Positions 14,653-24,417 are shown, counted from the stretch's first letter. The stretch is 37,175 nucleotides of DNA from Clostridiaceae bacterium (GCA_009911355.1 QXXE01000040.1:1-37175), one strand, 5' to 3'. Numbers and translations are program-made. Notes: generated from the sequence alone by a model not told the origin.

Positions 14653-15972
14653 ATGGCTAGAAAAAAGAAGGCCGAAAAAGAAGCGCCGAAGAGTATCTTT
14701 GAAAATAAGGAATTTTTCCTCGCCCTCGACCAGCTCGAAAAGGTCAAGGGCATCCCGGTCGACTACATGCTCGACCGCGTCGGCCAGGCGCTTATCACCG
14801 CATACAAGCGCGAGAACGACGGCATGACCGACAACATCTACGTCGTCCCCGACCGCGAACAAAACACCATCCGCATGTTTGTCCGCAAGACGGTTGTGGA
14901 CGACGTCTACGAGCCCTACGAGGAGCTCTCCCTCGAGGAAGCCCGCGAATATAAACCCGGCGCGATGCTCGGCGACATCATCGACATCGACGTGCCCACC
15001 CGCTCCTTCAGCCGCATCGCCGCCCAGACCGCAAAACAGGTCATCATCCAGGGCATCCGCGAAGCCGAGCGCGGCATGGTGCTCTCCGAATTCGAGTCCA
15101 AGGAGCACGAGATCCTGACCGCCCTTGTTTCCCGCATCGACCCGCGCTCGGGCAGCATCATCCTCGAAATGGTCTCACAGGGCGAAAAGACCGAAGCCGT
15201 CCTCACCCCCAGCGAGCAGGTTGCCGGCGAGCGCTACGAGGAAGGCGACCACGTCAAGGTCTACGTGATCGAGGTGCGCAAGGGCACCCGCGGCCCGCAG
15301 GTCATGATCTCCCGCACCCACCCCGGCCTGGTCAAGCGGCTATTTGAGCTGGAAGTCCCTGAAATCCACGACGGCACCGTCGAAGTCAAGTCCATCGCCC
15401 GCGAAGCAGGCAACCGCACCAAGATCGCGGTCTGCTCGACCGACGCGAACGTCGACCCGATTGGCGCGTGCGTGGGCACCCGCGGCGCGCGCGTTGGCAA
15501 CATCGTCAACGAGCTGGGCGGCGAAAAGATCGACATCATCAAGTGGTCGGAGGATACCGCGGCGTTCGTTTCGGCGGCGCTCGCCCCGGCCGACGTGGTT
15601 TCGGCGACCGTCCTGCCTGACGGCAAAAGCTGCCGCGTGATCGTCCCCGACGACCAGCTGAGCCTTGCCATCGGCAAGGAGGGCCAGAACGCCCGCCTTG
15701 CGGCGAAGCTGACCGGCTGCAAGATTGATATTGCGCCCGCCTCGCAGGCCGATTCCCTCCCGCCCATCCCCGAGCCGGAGCCCGAGCCTGAACCTGAGGA
15801 AATGCTGGAAGACGGTGCGGAAGCGGCAGAGCTTACAGAAGCGGAGGAAGCGCCTGAAGCCGGGCTGAACACCGGTGCGGCGCTGCCGGAAGCCACCGGA
15901 ACTGCGGAGCCTGAGGAAGCCGCACAAAGCGACGATGAGGACGCTGCGCAGGCGCCTTCCGAAACCGACTGA
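14653..15972 (+). CDS. nusA: transcription termination/antitermination factor NusA
   Basis: 'NKEFFLALDQLEKVKGIP', S1/KH regions and an acidic PEPEPEPE tail. aggagtg RBS. Confidence 0.85.
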   Translation: MARKKKAEKEAPKSIFENKEFFLALDQLEKVKGIPVDYMLDRVGQALITAYKRENDGMTDNIYVVPDREQNTIRMFVRKTVVDDVYEPYEELSLEEAREYKPGAMLGDIIDIDVPTRSFSRIAAQTAKQVIIQGIREAERGMVLSEFESKEHEILTALVSRIDPRSGSIILEMVSQGEKTEAVLTPSEQVAGERYEEGDHVKVYVIEVRKGTRGPQVMISRTHPGLVKRLFELEVPEIHDGTVEVKSIAREAGNRTKIAVCSTDANVDPIGACVGTRGARVGNIVNELGGEKIDIIKWSEDTAAFVSAALAPADVVSATVLPDGKSCRVIVPDDQLSLAIGKEGQNARLAAKLTGCKIDIAPASQADSLPPIPEPEPEPEPEEMLEDGAEAAELTEAEEAPEAGLNTGAALPEATGTAEPEEAAQSDDEDAAQAPSETD

Positions 15973-16001
15973 CCTTTTTGGGAAGGGGGATAAGAGAAAC
16001 G

Positions 16002-16286
16002 ATGCAAACCAAACGAAAGACCCCCATGCGCCAGTGCCTGGGCTGCCGGGAAATGCTGCCCAAGCGGGAGCTGATCCGCGTGGTGCGCGCCCCGGAGGGC
16101 GGCGGCATCTCGCTGGACTTCAAGGGCAAGGCCCCCGGGCGCGGCGCGTACCTGTGCGGCAAGCCGGAATGCCTGAAAAAAGCGCGCAAATCGAAAGCGG
16201 TTGAGCGCGCGTTTGGCTGCCCTGTGCCGCCCGAGGTCTATGACGCATTGGAAAAACAGCTGGAGGAGGCGGGAAATGACGGATAA
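16002..16286 (+). CDS. ylxR: YlxR/RnpM-family RNA-binding protein (DUF448)
   Basis: 94 aa. 'RQCLGCREMLPKRELIRVV' and 'GRGAYLC' are signature motifs. Confidence 0.8.
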   Translation: MQTKRKTPMRQCLGCREMLPKRELIRVVRAPEGGGISLDFKGKAPGRGAYLCGKPECLKKARKSKAVERAFGCPVPPEVYDALEKQLEEAGNDG

Positions 16287-16929
16287 CGGCATTTTAAGCC
16301 TTTTGGGGCTTGCAAAACGCGCGGGCAAGCTTGCGGCGGGCGACGACCCGGTGCGCGAGCTTGCGCAGGACGGGGTGATCCGCGCGGTGTTCCTCGCGAG
16401 CGACGCAGGCGCGGCCTCCTCGCGGCAGGCGGCGTTCACCGCCGGGAAGGAGGGCGTGCCGCTGCTGACGCTCCCTGTGACGAAAGCCGAGCTCGGCGGG
16501 GCGCTCGGGCGCAACGCGTGCGCGCTGTGTGCGCTCAGCGACAGCGGCTTCGCGGCGAAGGCGGCGGAAAAGCTGGCGGCGGCCGACCCCTCGTTCGCGG
16601 AAGCCGCCAAGGCGCTCGCGGAAAAGCACGCGCGGATCCAGTCCCGGCGCGGGATCAAGAAGCATCGCGCGCCGGACGCTGCCCAAGCGCAGCCCGCGCC
16701 CCGTGCGGCGGGCAGGCCGCGCGCAGCTGACAAACCGTCCCGCCCGCGCAGCGGCGCGGCGCCGCAGAAGCGCCGGGACGGCGGGAAATTCCAGAAAAGC
16801 CGGGTGCGCAGCGCAGCCGGGGTTTCCCGGAAGCCAGCGGACAACAGCCAGCTTTCAGCTGATAAACGCCCCGCCCCGCGTAAGCGGAGGGCTGCGGCAA
16901 TAGAGCAACCACGGAAATTACGGAGGTGA
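16276..16929 (+). CDS. L7Ae/YlxQ-family ribosomal-protein-like protein with a 115-aa Ala/Pro/Arg/Lys-rich C-terminal tail
   Basis: N-terminal 100 aa 'LSLLGLAKRAGKLAAG...VIRAVFLASDAG' is the L7Ae fold. The frame stays open to 16929, just before infB. Confidence 0.6.
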   Translation: MTDNGILSLLGLAKRAGKLAAGDDPVRELAQDGVIRAVFLASDAGAASSRQAAFTAGKEGVPLLTLPVTKAELGGALGRNACALCALSDSGFAAKAAEKLAAADPSFAEAAKALAEKHARIQSRRGIKKHRAPDAAQAQPAPRAAGRPRAADKPSRPRSGAAPQKRRDGGKFQKSRVRSAAGVSRKPADNSQLSADKRPAPRKRRAAAIEQPRKLRR

Positions 16930-16935
16930 GCGCCC

Positions 16936-19446
16936 ATGGCGATAGATAACAAATACAGGGTACACGAAGTTGCAAAGGACTTCAACCGGAGTACGAAAGA
17001 AATCACCGACATCCTGACCGAATACACCAAAGCACCCAAAAACCATATGCAGGTGCTCGACGACCTGGACCTGTCCATGATCTTCGAGGTCATGACCCAG
17101 AACCATCAGGTCGCCGACATTGAGTCGGTGCTGCACGAGCAGCAGGAGCAGCGGGAGAAGCAGCTTGCGGCGGCGCGCGAGAAAGCTGCGAAGCAGCAAG
17201 CGCAGCAGCCTGCGGCCAAGCCGAAGGAGAAGGAAGCCCCGCGCGGCGAGCGTTCCGGGCGCGGCGGCCGCCAGCAGCAGAAGCAGCAGCCCGCAAGGCA
17301 GCAGGCTGCGGCCAAGCAGCAGCCCGCAAAAGCGCAGCCGGGGAAGCCGCAGGCACAGCCCGCGAAGGCGCAGCCTGCGGCCAAACAGCAGCAGCCGCCA
17401 AGGCAGCAGCCTCAGCCGCAGCAGGCGGCCGGCGAAGCCCCGCGCCCGAGCAAGGTCAAGCAGGTACACCGCATTGACACGCGCGGCAGCGGCGATGTGA
17501 ACCTCGCGAAATACGACGAGCGCATCGACTCCCTGGTGCCCGAGAAAGCCAATAAGATGGGCGCGGGCAAGCAGAAGCTGACCAAGCGCAGCGAGCAGCG
17601 CGGCAAGCAGCAGGTATCGAGCAAGCGCCGTGCCGAGGAGCAGGAAAAGATGCGCCGTTTGCAGCGCCAGCAGCAGATGGCGGCGGCGAAAAAGGTGCAG
17701 CTGAAGGTGCTCATCCCCGAGGAGATCAACGTCGGCGAGCTCGCCCAGCGCTTAAAGCGCACGGCGGCGGACGTGATCAAGGAGCTGATGAAGCTGGGCG
17801 TGATGGCTTCCATTTCGGAGAGCGTGGACTTTGACACCGCGGCGCTGGTTGCGGAGGAGATGGGCGCGAAGGTCGAGAAGGAAGTGCATGTGACCATTGA
17901 GGAGCGGCTGTTTGACGAATCGGAGGACCAGGAAGCCGACCTCGTCCCGCGCGACCCGGTTGTCGTGGTCATGGGCCACGTCGACCACGGCAAGACCTCG
18001 CTGCTGGACGCGATCCGCAAGACGAAGGTCACCGAGGGCGAGGCGGGCGGCATCACCCAGCACATCGGCGCGTACCGTGTGCAGGTGGGCGACAAGCCGA
18101 TCACCTTCCTTGACACCCCGGGCCATGCGGCGTTTACTTCCATGCGTGCGCGCGGCGCGCAGGTCACGGATATTGCGATCCTGGTCGTAGCCGCGGACGA
18201 CGGCATCATGCCGCAGACGATCGAAGCGATCAATCATGCGAAAGCGGCGGATGTGCCGATCATCGTGGCGGTCAATAAGATCGACAAGGAGGGCGCAAAC
18301 CCCGACCGGATCCTCCAGCAGCTGACCGAGTACGAGCTGGTGCCCGAGGAATGGGGCGGCGACACCATCGTCTGCCAGATTTCGGCGAAGTTTGGCAAGG
18401 GCATTGAAAACCTGCTGGAAATGGTGCTGCTGACCGCGGAGGTGCAGGAGCTGCGCGCCAACCCCAACCGTCAGGCGAAGGGCACGGTCATCGAGGCGAA
18501 GCTCGACAAGGGGCGCGGCCCGGTGGCGACGGTGCTGATCCAGAACGGCACGCTGCGCGCGGGCGACGTTATCATTGCGGGCACGGCGGTTGGCCGTGTG
18601 CGTGCGATGACCAACGACGACGGGCGGAAGATCCAGTCGGCGGGGCCGTCTGTGCCGGTGGAGATCATCGGCCTTGCGGAGGTGCCCGGCGCGGGCGATA
18701 TCTTCTATGCGGTCGATGACGAGCGCATGGCGCGCACGCTGGTTGAGCAGCGCAAGGACAAGGAGAAGGAAGAGCGCAACAAGCGTTTCCACAAGGTCAC
18801 GCTCGACAACCTGTTCGACTCCATCCAGGAGGGGCAGATCAAGGAGCTTGGCATTATTGTGAAGGCTGACGTACAGGGCTCGGTGGAAGCGGTTACTTCT
18901 TCTTTGGAGAAGCTGACCTGCGACGAGGTACGGGTACGGGTGATCCATGGTGCGGTTGGCGCGATCAGCGAGTCGGACGTAATGCTGGCGAGCGCGTCGC
19001 ATGCGATTATTGTTGGTTTCAATGTGCGTCCGGAGCGTGCGGCAGCGGAGTCGGCGCAGATCCAGGGCGTAGATATTCGGATGTACCGGATTATTTATGA
19101 CTGCATTGAAGAGATGGAGCAGGCGATGAAGGGCATGCTTGCGCCCAAGTACAAGGAGGTTGTGCTGGGGCATGCGGAGGTGCGCACGACCTTCCGGGTA
19201 TCGGGGGTTGGCACGATTGCGGGCTGCTATGTGCAGGACGGCAAGATCCAGCGTTCGGCGCAGCTGCGTGTGCTGCGTGACAACGTAGTCATCCACGAAG
19301 GGATGCTGGCGTCGCTCAAGCGTTTCAAGGACGATGTCAAGGAGGTCATGTCGGGCTATGAGTGTGGCTGCGGCGTTGAGAACTTCAACGACATCAAGGA
19401 CGGGGACGTATTCGAGGCGTTCGTCATGGAAGAAGTCAAACCGTAA
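16936..19446 (+). CDS. infB: translation initiation factor IF-2
   Basis: 836 aa. G-domain '[17 protein letters not shown]', 'DTPGH' and 'NKIDK'. Q/A/K-rich N-terminal linker. Confidence 0.95.
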   Translation: MAIDNKYRVHEVAKDFNRSTKEITDILTEYTKAPKNHMQVLDDLDLSMIFEVMTQNHQVADIESVLHEQQEQREKQLAAAREKAAKQQAQQPAAKPKEKEAPRGERSGRGGRQQQKQQPARQQAAAKQQPAKAQPGKPQAQPAKAQPAAKQQQPPRQQPQPQQAAGEAPRPSKVKQVHRIDTRGSGDVNLAKYDERIDSLVPEKANKMGAGKQKLTKRSEQRGKQQVSSKRRAEEQEKMRRLQRQQQMAAAKKVQLKVLIPEEINVGELAQRLKRTAADVIKELMKLGVMASISESVDFDTAALVAEEMGAKVEKEVHVTIEERLFDESEDQEADLVPRDPVVVVMGHVDHGKTSLLDAIRKTKVTEGEAGGITQHIGAYRVQVGDKPITFLDTPGHAAFTSMRARGAQVTDIAILVVAADDGIMPQTIEAINHAKAADVPIIVAVNKIDKEGANPDRILQQLTEYELVPEEWGGDTIVCQISAKFGKGIENLLEMVLLTAEVQELRANPNRQAKGTVIEAKLDKGRGPVATVLIQNGTLRAGDVIIAGTAVGRVRAMTNDDGRKIQSAGPSVPVEIIGLAEVPGAGDIFYAVDDERMARTLVEQRKDKEKEERNKRFHKVTLDNLFDSIQEGQIKELGIIVKADVQGSVEAVTSSLEKLTCDEVRVRVIHGAVGAISESDVMLASASHAIIVGFNVRPERAAAESAQIQGVDIRMYRIIYDCIEEMEQAMKGMLAPKYKEVVLGHAEVRTTFRVSGVGTIAGCYVQDGKIQRSAQLRVLRDNVVIHEGMLASLKRFKDDVKEVMSGYECGCGVENFNDIKDGDVFEAFVMEEVKP

Positions 19447-19458
19447 CAGCGAGGAAAA

Positions 19459-19500
19459 ACAGGGCGGCGCCGATGCCCGCCCTGTTTCCCTTCCTTCTTT
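19459..19500 (+). terminator. infB terminator hairpin 'acagggcgg-9nt-ccgccctgt' followed by a T-rich tract
   Basis: 9-bp GC stem immediately 3' of the infB stop. Confidence 0.55.
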
Positions 19501-19615
19501 CCGCCGCCTCCGCCAGGGGCGCTGCCCCTGGACCCCGCGCCTGCGCGGCGGGCGCCAAAGGGACTTGTCCCTTTGGAATCCCTTTCTCCGCCTGCGGGCG
19601 GGACGGGGGCTGTGC
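19500..19615. repeat. short-form repeat ('gccaaagggacttgtccctttggaatccctttctccgcctgcgggcgggacggggg')
   Basis: Family core palindrome plus the 'cgcctgcgggcgggacggg' box. Confidence 0.7.
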
Positions 19616-19755
19616 CTGCGGATTGACAGATATGGTTGCCCAAACCCGCTCATGAATTGGTGTAAAAATGGCAAACTATACGCGAACATTTTATTGATTT
19701 ACCCAACCGCTTTTTGCGTAGATGAAGTAGTTATATTCGCAATCACTGCGCACGC

Positions 19756-19890
19756 ATTCCCCGCCGCAGCGGATCATGGGTTTCCAAAGGGACGAGTCCC
19801 TTTGGCGCCCGCCGCGTAGGCGCGGGGGTGCAGGGGGCAGAGCCACCTGCCGCCCTGTCCGCGGAGGACATCCCGCGATAGCGGGACGTG
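19756..19890. repeat. short-form repeat, inverted orientation ('ttccaaagggacgagtccctttggcgcccgccgcgtaggcgcggggg')
   Basis: Inverted copy of the family core. Confidence 0.7.
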
Positions 19891-19913
19891 ACGAATCTAT
19901 TAAAGGAGTTTTT

Positions 19914-20291
19914 ATGGCAAATAATCGAACCCAGCGCATTTCCGAAGAGGTTATGCGCGCTCTCGCCGAGTCCATCCGCTCGGTGAAGGACCCGCGCCTG
20001 CAAAACGGGCTCGTCTCCATCACCCGCTGCGAGGTAACCGGTGACCTGCGCTATGCAAAGGTTTATATTTCAGTGCTCGGCAGCGAGGCCGACGCAAAAG
20101 AGGTAATGAAAGGGCTGAAATCGGCTTCCGGCTGGCTGCGCCGCGAGGTTGGCAGCCGTGTCCAGCTGCGCTACGCGCCAGAACTCGTGTTTACCCTCGA
20201 CCATTCGATCACCCACGGCGCGCACATCTCCGAGGTGCTGGACCGGCTGGACCGCGAAGGCAGGCTCAGCGGGAGCAAGGAGGAAGAATGA
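19914..20291 (+). CDS. rbfA: ribosome-binding factor A
   Basis: 125 aa. 'RISEEVMRALAESI..DPRL..VSITRCEVTGDLRYAKVYIS' is the RbfA KH fold. aaaggag RBS. Confidence 0.85.
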   Translation: MANNRTQRISEEVMRALAESIRSVKDPRLQNGLVSITRCEVTGDLRYAKVYISVLGSEADAKEVMKGLKSASGWLRREVGSRVQLRYAPELVFTLDHSITHGAHISEVLDRLDREGRLSGSKEEE

Positions 20292-21256
20292 ACGTTACCG
20301 TACAGCAGGCTGCGGACGCGCTCCGCGAAGCCGGGGATTTTTTGATTTTGACTCACAAAAGGCCGGACGGCGATACGACCGGCTGCGCCGGGGCGCTGTG
20401 CCGGGGGCTGCGGGCGCTCGGCAAGACTGCGTTTGTGCTCCCAAACCCTGACCTGACCCCGCGCTACGGATGGCTGCTCGAGCCCCTCGCCGCGCCCGAG
20501 GGCTTTGTGCCGGGCTATGTCGTTTCAACCGACGTTGCGGATACGAATATGCTCCCGGCGGGCGCGGAAGGTTATGCGGGCAAGGTCGACCTCGTGATCG
20601 ACCATCACCGTTCCAACCCCGGCTTCGGCAGGCTGAACCTGGTCCGCCCGGAGGCGGGCGGCTGCTGCGAAGTCATTTATGATATTCTGGCGGCGCTTGG
20701 CGTTGCGCTTACGCCCGAGCTGGCCGAACCCCTTTATGTCGGCGTTTCGACCGATACCGGCTGCTTCAAATTCTCGAATACGACCGTCCACACCCATGAA
20801 GTGGCGGCGGCTTGCCTTGCAACCGGCCTGGACTGCGGCGAGCTCAACCGCAGGCTGTTCGAGGTCAAGCGCTGGCAGCGCTTCCAGATGGAGCGCATTA
20901 TGGTTGAGACGATGGAGTTTTATCACGACGGCTGCATTGCGGTTGCCCAGCTGCGCCGCGCCGACCTTGACCGCGTCGGCGCGACAACCGACGACCTCGA
21001 CTCGATCTCCGGCCTGCCCCGCCAGGTCGAGGGCGTACAGGCAGGGCTGACGCTGACCGAAAACAAGGACGGCTCGGTGCGCCTGTCGGTGCGCTCGACC
21101 AAGGAGGTCGACGCCTCGTCGGTCTGCCGGAAGCTGGGCGGCGGCGGCCACCTGCGCGCGGGCGGCGCCTCCTTCCCGGCGGGGGTTGGCATGGAGGAAG
21201 CCAAGCGCCGCGCGCTTGCCGCAACGGAGGAAGCTTATCGTGAAAGCGGCCTCTGA
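20288..21256 (+). CDS. nrnA: DHH-family phosphoesterase, NrnA-like (oligoribonuclease / pAp phosphatase)
   Basis: 'LILTHKRPDGDTTG', 'VIDHHRSN' and 'GGGGHLRAGGASF' (DHH plus DHHA1 motifs). Confidence 0.8.
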   Translation: MNVTVQQAADALREAGDFLILTHKRPDGDTTGCAGALCRGLRALGKTAFVLPNPDLTPRYGWLLEPLAAPEGFVPGYVVSTDVADTNMLPAGAEGYAGKVDLVIDHHRSNPGFGRLNLVRPEAGGCCEVIYDILAALGVALTPELAEPLYVGVSTDTGCFKFSNTTVHTHEVAAACLATGLDCGELNRRLFEVKRWQRFQMERIMVETMEFYHDGCIAVAQLRRADLDRVGATTDDLDSISGLPRQVEGVQAGLTLTENKDGSVRLSVRSTKEVDASSVCRKLGGGGHLRAGGASFPAGVGMEEAKRRALAATEEAYRESGL

Positions 21257-22160
21257 GTATCACGGCGTCCTGATTGTGGACAAGCCCGCCGGGTTTACCT
21301 CGCATGACGTGGTTGCCAAGCTGCGCGGCATGTTCAGGACGCGGCGCATTGGGCACGGGGGCACGCTCGACCCGATGGCGACCGGCGTGCTGCCGGTGTT
21401 TGTCGGCGGCGCGACCAAGGCGGCGGACTTTGCGGCGGCGCAGGATAAGTCCTACCTCGCGGGGTTTACGCTGGGCTGCGCGACGGATACGCAGGACACG
21501 ACTGGCACAGTGACCGAGGTGTCCGGCAGGTCTGCCGCCGCCCCGGCGGTCGAGTCGGCGCTGCGTGCGTTCGAGGGCAGGCAGATGCAGCTGCCGCCGA
21601 TGTACTCCGCGGTGCAGGTCGGCGGGCAGCGCCTGTATGAGCTCGCGCGAAAGGGCGTCGAGGTAGCGCGTCCCGAGCGGGAAATTTTTATTCAGCAGAT
21701 TCAGCTGGAATCGTTTGACGAGGGCACGCAGAAGGGCAGCTTTTCGGTTACATGCTCGAAAGGCACGTATGTGCGCACGCTCGTGCATGATCTGGGCGTG
21801 CGGCTGGGGACGCTTGCGGCGATGCACAGCTTGCAGCGTACCCGCGCGGGGCAGTACCCGCTTTCAGAAGCGTACACGCTCGAAGCCGTGCAGCGGGCGG
21901 CGGACGAGGGGCGGCTTGGGGCGCTCCTGCGGCCCACCGATTCGCTCTTTCTGGAATATCCGGCGGTCACGCTCGATGATTATGGTTGGAAACGGGCGCA
22001 GAACGGCGCGTTTATCGGTTTTTCGCATGCGGGCGGTTGCCCGCAGGAGCGCGGGGCGCTCTGCCGCGTCTATTATGACGGCGTGTTCCGCCTGCTCGGG
22101 CGGGTCGATGCGCTCGAGAAGGGCGGGCTGGCGCTGTTTGTACACAAAAACTTTTTCTGA
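21240..22160 (+). CDS. truB: tRNA pseudouridine(55) synthase
   Basis: GTG start after ggagg. 'GVLIVDKPAGFTSHDVV' and 'GHGGTLDPMATGVLPV' carry the catalytic Asp motif. Confidence 0.85.
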   Translation: MKAASEYHGVLIVDKPAGFTSHDVVAKLRGMFRTRRIGHGGTLDPMATGVLPVFVGGATKAADFAAAQDKSYLAGFTLGCATDTQDTTGTVTEVSGRSAAAPAVESALRAFEGRQMQLPPMYSAVQVGGQRLYELARKGVEVARPEREIFIQQIQLESFDEGTQKGSFSVTCSKGTYVRTLVHDLGVRLGTLAAMHSLQRTRAGQYPLSEAYTLEAVQRAADEGRLGALLRPTDSLFLEYPAVTLDDYGWKRAQNGAFIGFSHAGGCPQERGALCRVYYDGVFRLLGRVDALEKGGLALFVHKNFF

Positions 22161-22235
22161 CGGCGTAAAGCGTGCTGGAAGCAGTGTTTTTATGGCGATT
22201 TGGCTGCAATATTTTCCTTCTGGGAGGGTTCAGGC

Positions 22236-23132
22236 ATGATAGATAATACGCGCCCCCGCGCGATTGCGCTGGGTTATTTTGACGGCGTACACCGGGGGCA
22301 CTATGCGCTTATGGAGCGGGCGGTGCAGCGGGCGCGGGAGATCGGCGGCATTGCGTCGGTGTTCACCTTTGATGTGCATCCGAGCAGCTTCATGACTGGC
22401 CGGCCCGTGCCGCTGCTGACCGCCGCCGAATACCGCGCCGAGGAGATCAAGCTGCTGGGCGGGGTGGACGAAGTGATTTTCGGGCAGTTCGAGCGGCTTC
22501 GGACGGTGGACTGGCGTGATTTTATCCATGAGCTGCTGGTTGGCGAGTTCGGCGCGCGCTGGATCATTACAGGCTTTAACAACCGGTTCGGGTACAAGGG
22601 CCTGGGCACGCCGGAGGGGCTGGCGGAGGAATGCGCGAAGCTGGGGGTCGGCTGCGACTGCATTGGTGATGTGCGCATTGATGGCACGACGGTTTCTTCG
22701 ACGTATATCCGGGGGCTGATCGCGGAGGGCGACATGGAGCGCGCTGCAAGGTTCCTGGGGCATCCGTATACGATTACGGGGCATGTGGAGCATGGGCGTT
22801 CGGTCGGGCACAAGATGGGCATCCCGACGGTAAACCTGCCGCTCCCGCGGGAAATGGCGTTGCCGCCCTATGGGGTGTACGTGGCGCGGGTGCGTTTTGA
22901 TGGGAAAAGCTATCCGGCGGCGACCAACATCGGGGAAAAGCCGACGTTTTCCGATCCGGGCGCGCCGACGATCGAGCCGCATCTGCTTGATTTCGACGGC
23001 GATCTTTATGGCAAGCGCATCCATGTGGAGCTGCACAAATTCCTCCGGCCGGAGCGCGCGTTTGGGTCGGTTGAGGAGCTGAAGGCGGCGATCGCAAAAA
23101 ACGTGCAGCAGACCCGCGATTATTTCGCGTGA
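22236..23132 (+). CDS. ribF: bifunctional riboflavin kinase / FMN adenylyltransferase
   Basis: 'AIALGYFDGVHRGH' nucleotidyltransferase motif and the C-terminal riboflavin-kinase domain 'PTVNL'. Confidence 0.85.
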   Translation: MIDNTRPRAIALGYFDGVHRGHYALMERAVQRAREIGGIASVFTFDVHPSSFMTGRPVPLLTAAEYRAEEIKLLGGVDEVIFGQFERLRTVDWRDFIHELLVGEFGARWIITGFNNRFGYKGLGTPEGLAEECAKLGVGCDCIGDVRIDGTTVSSTYIRGLIAEGDMERAARFLGHPYTITGHVEHGRSVGHKMGIPTVNLPLPREMALPPYGVYVARVRFDGKSYPAATNIGEKPTFSDPGAPTIEPHLLDFDGDLYGKRIHVELHKFLRPERAFGSVEELKAAIAKNVQQTRDYFA

Positions 23133-23134
23133 CT

Positions 23135-23445
23135 GCTGGTTCGCCTCCGCAGCGGGCGGCGGGGCTCTGCCCCTGCACCCCGCGCCTGCGCGGCGGGCGG
23201 CAGGGCTCTGCCCTGCACCCGCTGGGGTTTCACCCCAGGCCCCGAGATGCTGCCGCATCTCTCCTCGCCTGCGGGCGGGACGGGGGCTTGGGTGTTCTTC
23301 CCATCCTTCATGCGCTATGACACAGCCCGCCAGAACGGCAGCGGGCTGGTCGGTGTAGGCGCTAATTGGTGGGCGCCCGCTTACTGCTCTCCCGCACAAA
23401 AAGCCGCTGGCATGATGACACCAGCGGCTTTTCTTTGCTTCTGTT
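23135..23445. repeat. long-form GC-rich repeat element, the most complete copy, ending in a terminator module
   Basis: Modules in order: 'gcgcggcgggcggcagggctctgccctgcaccc'; 'gagatgctgccgcatctc'; 'cgcctgcgggcgggacggg'; 'cagcccgccagaacggcagcgggctgg'; 'gtcggtgtagg..aattggtgg'; terminator hairpin. Confidence 0.8.
23396..23445. terminator. bidirectional terminator 'aaaagccgctggcatgatgacaccagcggctttt'
   Basis: 10-bp stem flanked by A- and T-tracts. Terminal module of the 23135 repeat. Confidence 0.65.
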
Positions 23446-23619
23446 CAGTTTTTTGGCTGCGGCTTTGCAGTTTATCTGCATCGTGGGGCTGCCTGTGCGG
23501 CGCTGGTGTTGTTAGCCGCAGATGGTTTTCTGCAAGGGGTTCTTTGTGGGTTTTGGGGGGGGGGGGACGGTTCGGTATGGCAGTGCCCGCGCCGTACAGA
23601 CGCGCCCTGCGCCCGGTTT

Positions 23620-24417
23620 TTACGTCCCGTCCAGCTGCGCGGCGAGGTCGCCATAGCTGGGGTTGGGGAGCCCGAAGCCGCCGCCGACCTCGAGCAGTTG
23701 CCCGGTGGTATAGGCCGATTCGTCGCTTGCGAGGTAGACGACTGCTGCTGCGATTTCCTGGGGGGTGCCCATGCGCCCGAGGGGGGTGTGCCGCAGGAAC
23801 AGCCTGCTGTATTCTTGCGTAAGGTTGCTGCGCACCGCTTCGGTGTCGGTCATGCCGGGGAGTATGGCGTTGCAGCGGATGCGGCTGCGCGCGCACTGCA
23901 CGGCGATGTCTTTTGTTAGGAAGTTGACGGCAGCTTTGGACACGCCGTAGCCGACCCGCAGCAGGTCGGGATAGCGCCCGCCGACTGAGGAGATGTTAAC
24001 GATGCTGCCGCCGCCCGCGGCGCGCATGGGGCCGATGACGGCCTGGGAGGTCAGGTAGACGCTTGCCAGGTTACGGCGCACAATCCCCATAAAATCCTCG
24101 AAGGGCGTGTGTTCGAGGTCGCGGTCGCGCGCGGGGTCGCTCACGCCGAAGTTGTTGACCAGCACGTCGATGCGCCCTTCCTCGGTGGCAACCAGCTCGG
24201 CCATTGCCGAAAGGGTTTCCTCCCGTTTTGCGTCCATATATACGGACTTGACCCACATGCCCTTGCTGGTGAGTATTTGTGCTTGTTCGCCTCCGCGCTG
24301 CTGGTCGCGCACGGCCATATACACGATTGCGCCTTCACGGGCGCAGGCTTGTACAACCTCCCAGCCGATTCCGCGCGTTGACGCGGTTACGATCACTACT
24401 TTGTTTTCCAGCCGCAT
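23620..24417 (-). CDS. SDR-family NAD(P)-dependent oxidoreductase
   Basis: 265 aa. 'KVVIVTASTRGIG' Rossmann motif and 'YGVSKAAV' catalytic YxxxK. Confidence 0.8.
   Translation of the reverse strand: MRLENKVVIVTASTRGIGWEVVQACAREGAIVYMAVRDQQRGGEQAQILTSKGMWVKSVYMDAKREETLSAMAELVATEEGRIDVLVNNFGVSDPARDRDLEHTPFEDFMGIVRRNLASVYLTSQAVIGPMRAAGGGSIVNISSVGGRYPDLLRVGYGVSKAAVNFLTKDIAVQCARSRIRCNAILPGMTDTEAVRSNLTQEYSRLFLRHTPLGRMGTPQEIAAAVVYLASDESAYTTGQLLEVGGGFGLPNPSYGDLAAQLDGT

Noticed and set aside
19473-19655. 60-aa ORF between infB and rbfA (and similar small ORFs at 9635-9944, 23129-23320, 33536-33942)
   Set aside because: They lie entirely within copies of the GC-rich repeat. The same pseudo-peptides ('GTSPFGAARAGPGAGQSPA'-like) recur wherever the repeat occurs.
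15261-19689. 610-aa and 645-aa minus-strand ORFs (15261-17093 and 17752-19689)
   Set aside because: Antisense to nusA/ylxR/L7Ae and to infB. Ala/Ser/Arg-rich spurious products. The plus-strand genes have unmistakable conserved motifs.
23556-23568. 13-nt poly-G tract as a phase-variation switch
   Set aside because: It lies in non-coding DNA 3' of the SDR gene with no promoter or ORF that it could toggle. It is kept only as a note on assembly quality.
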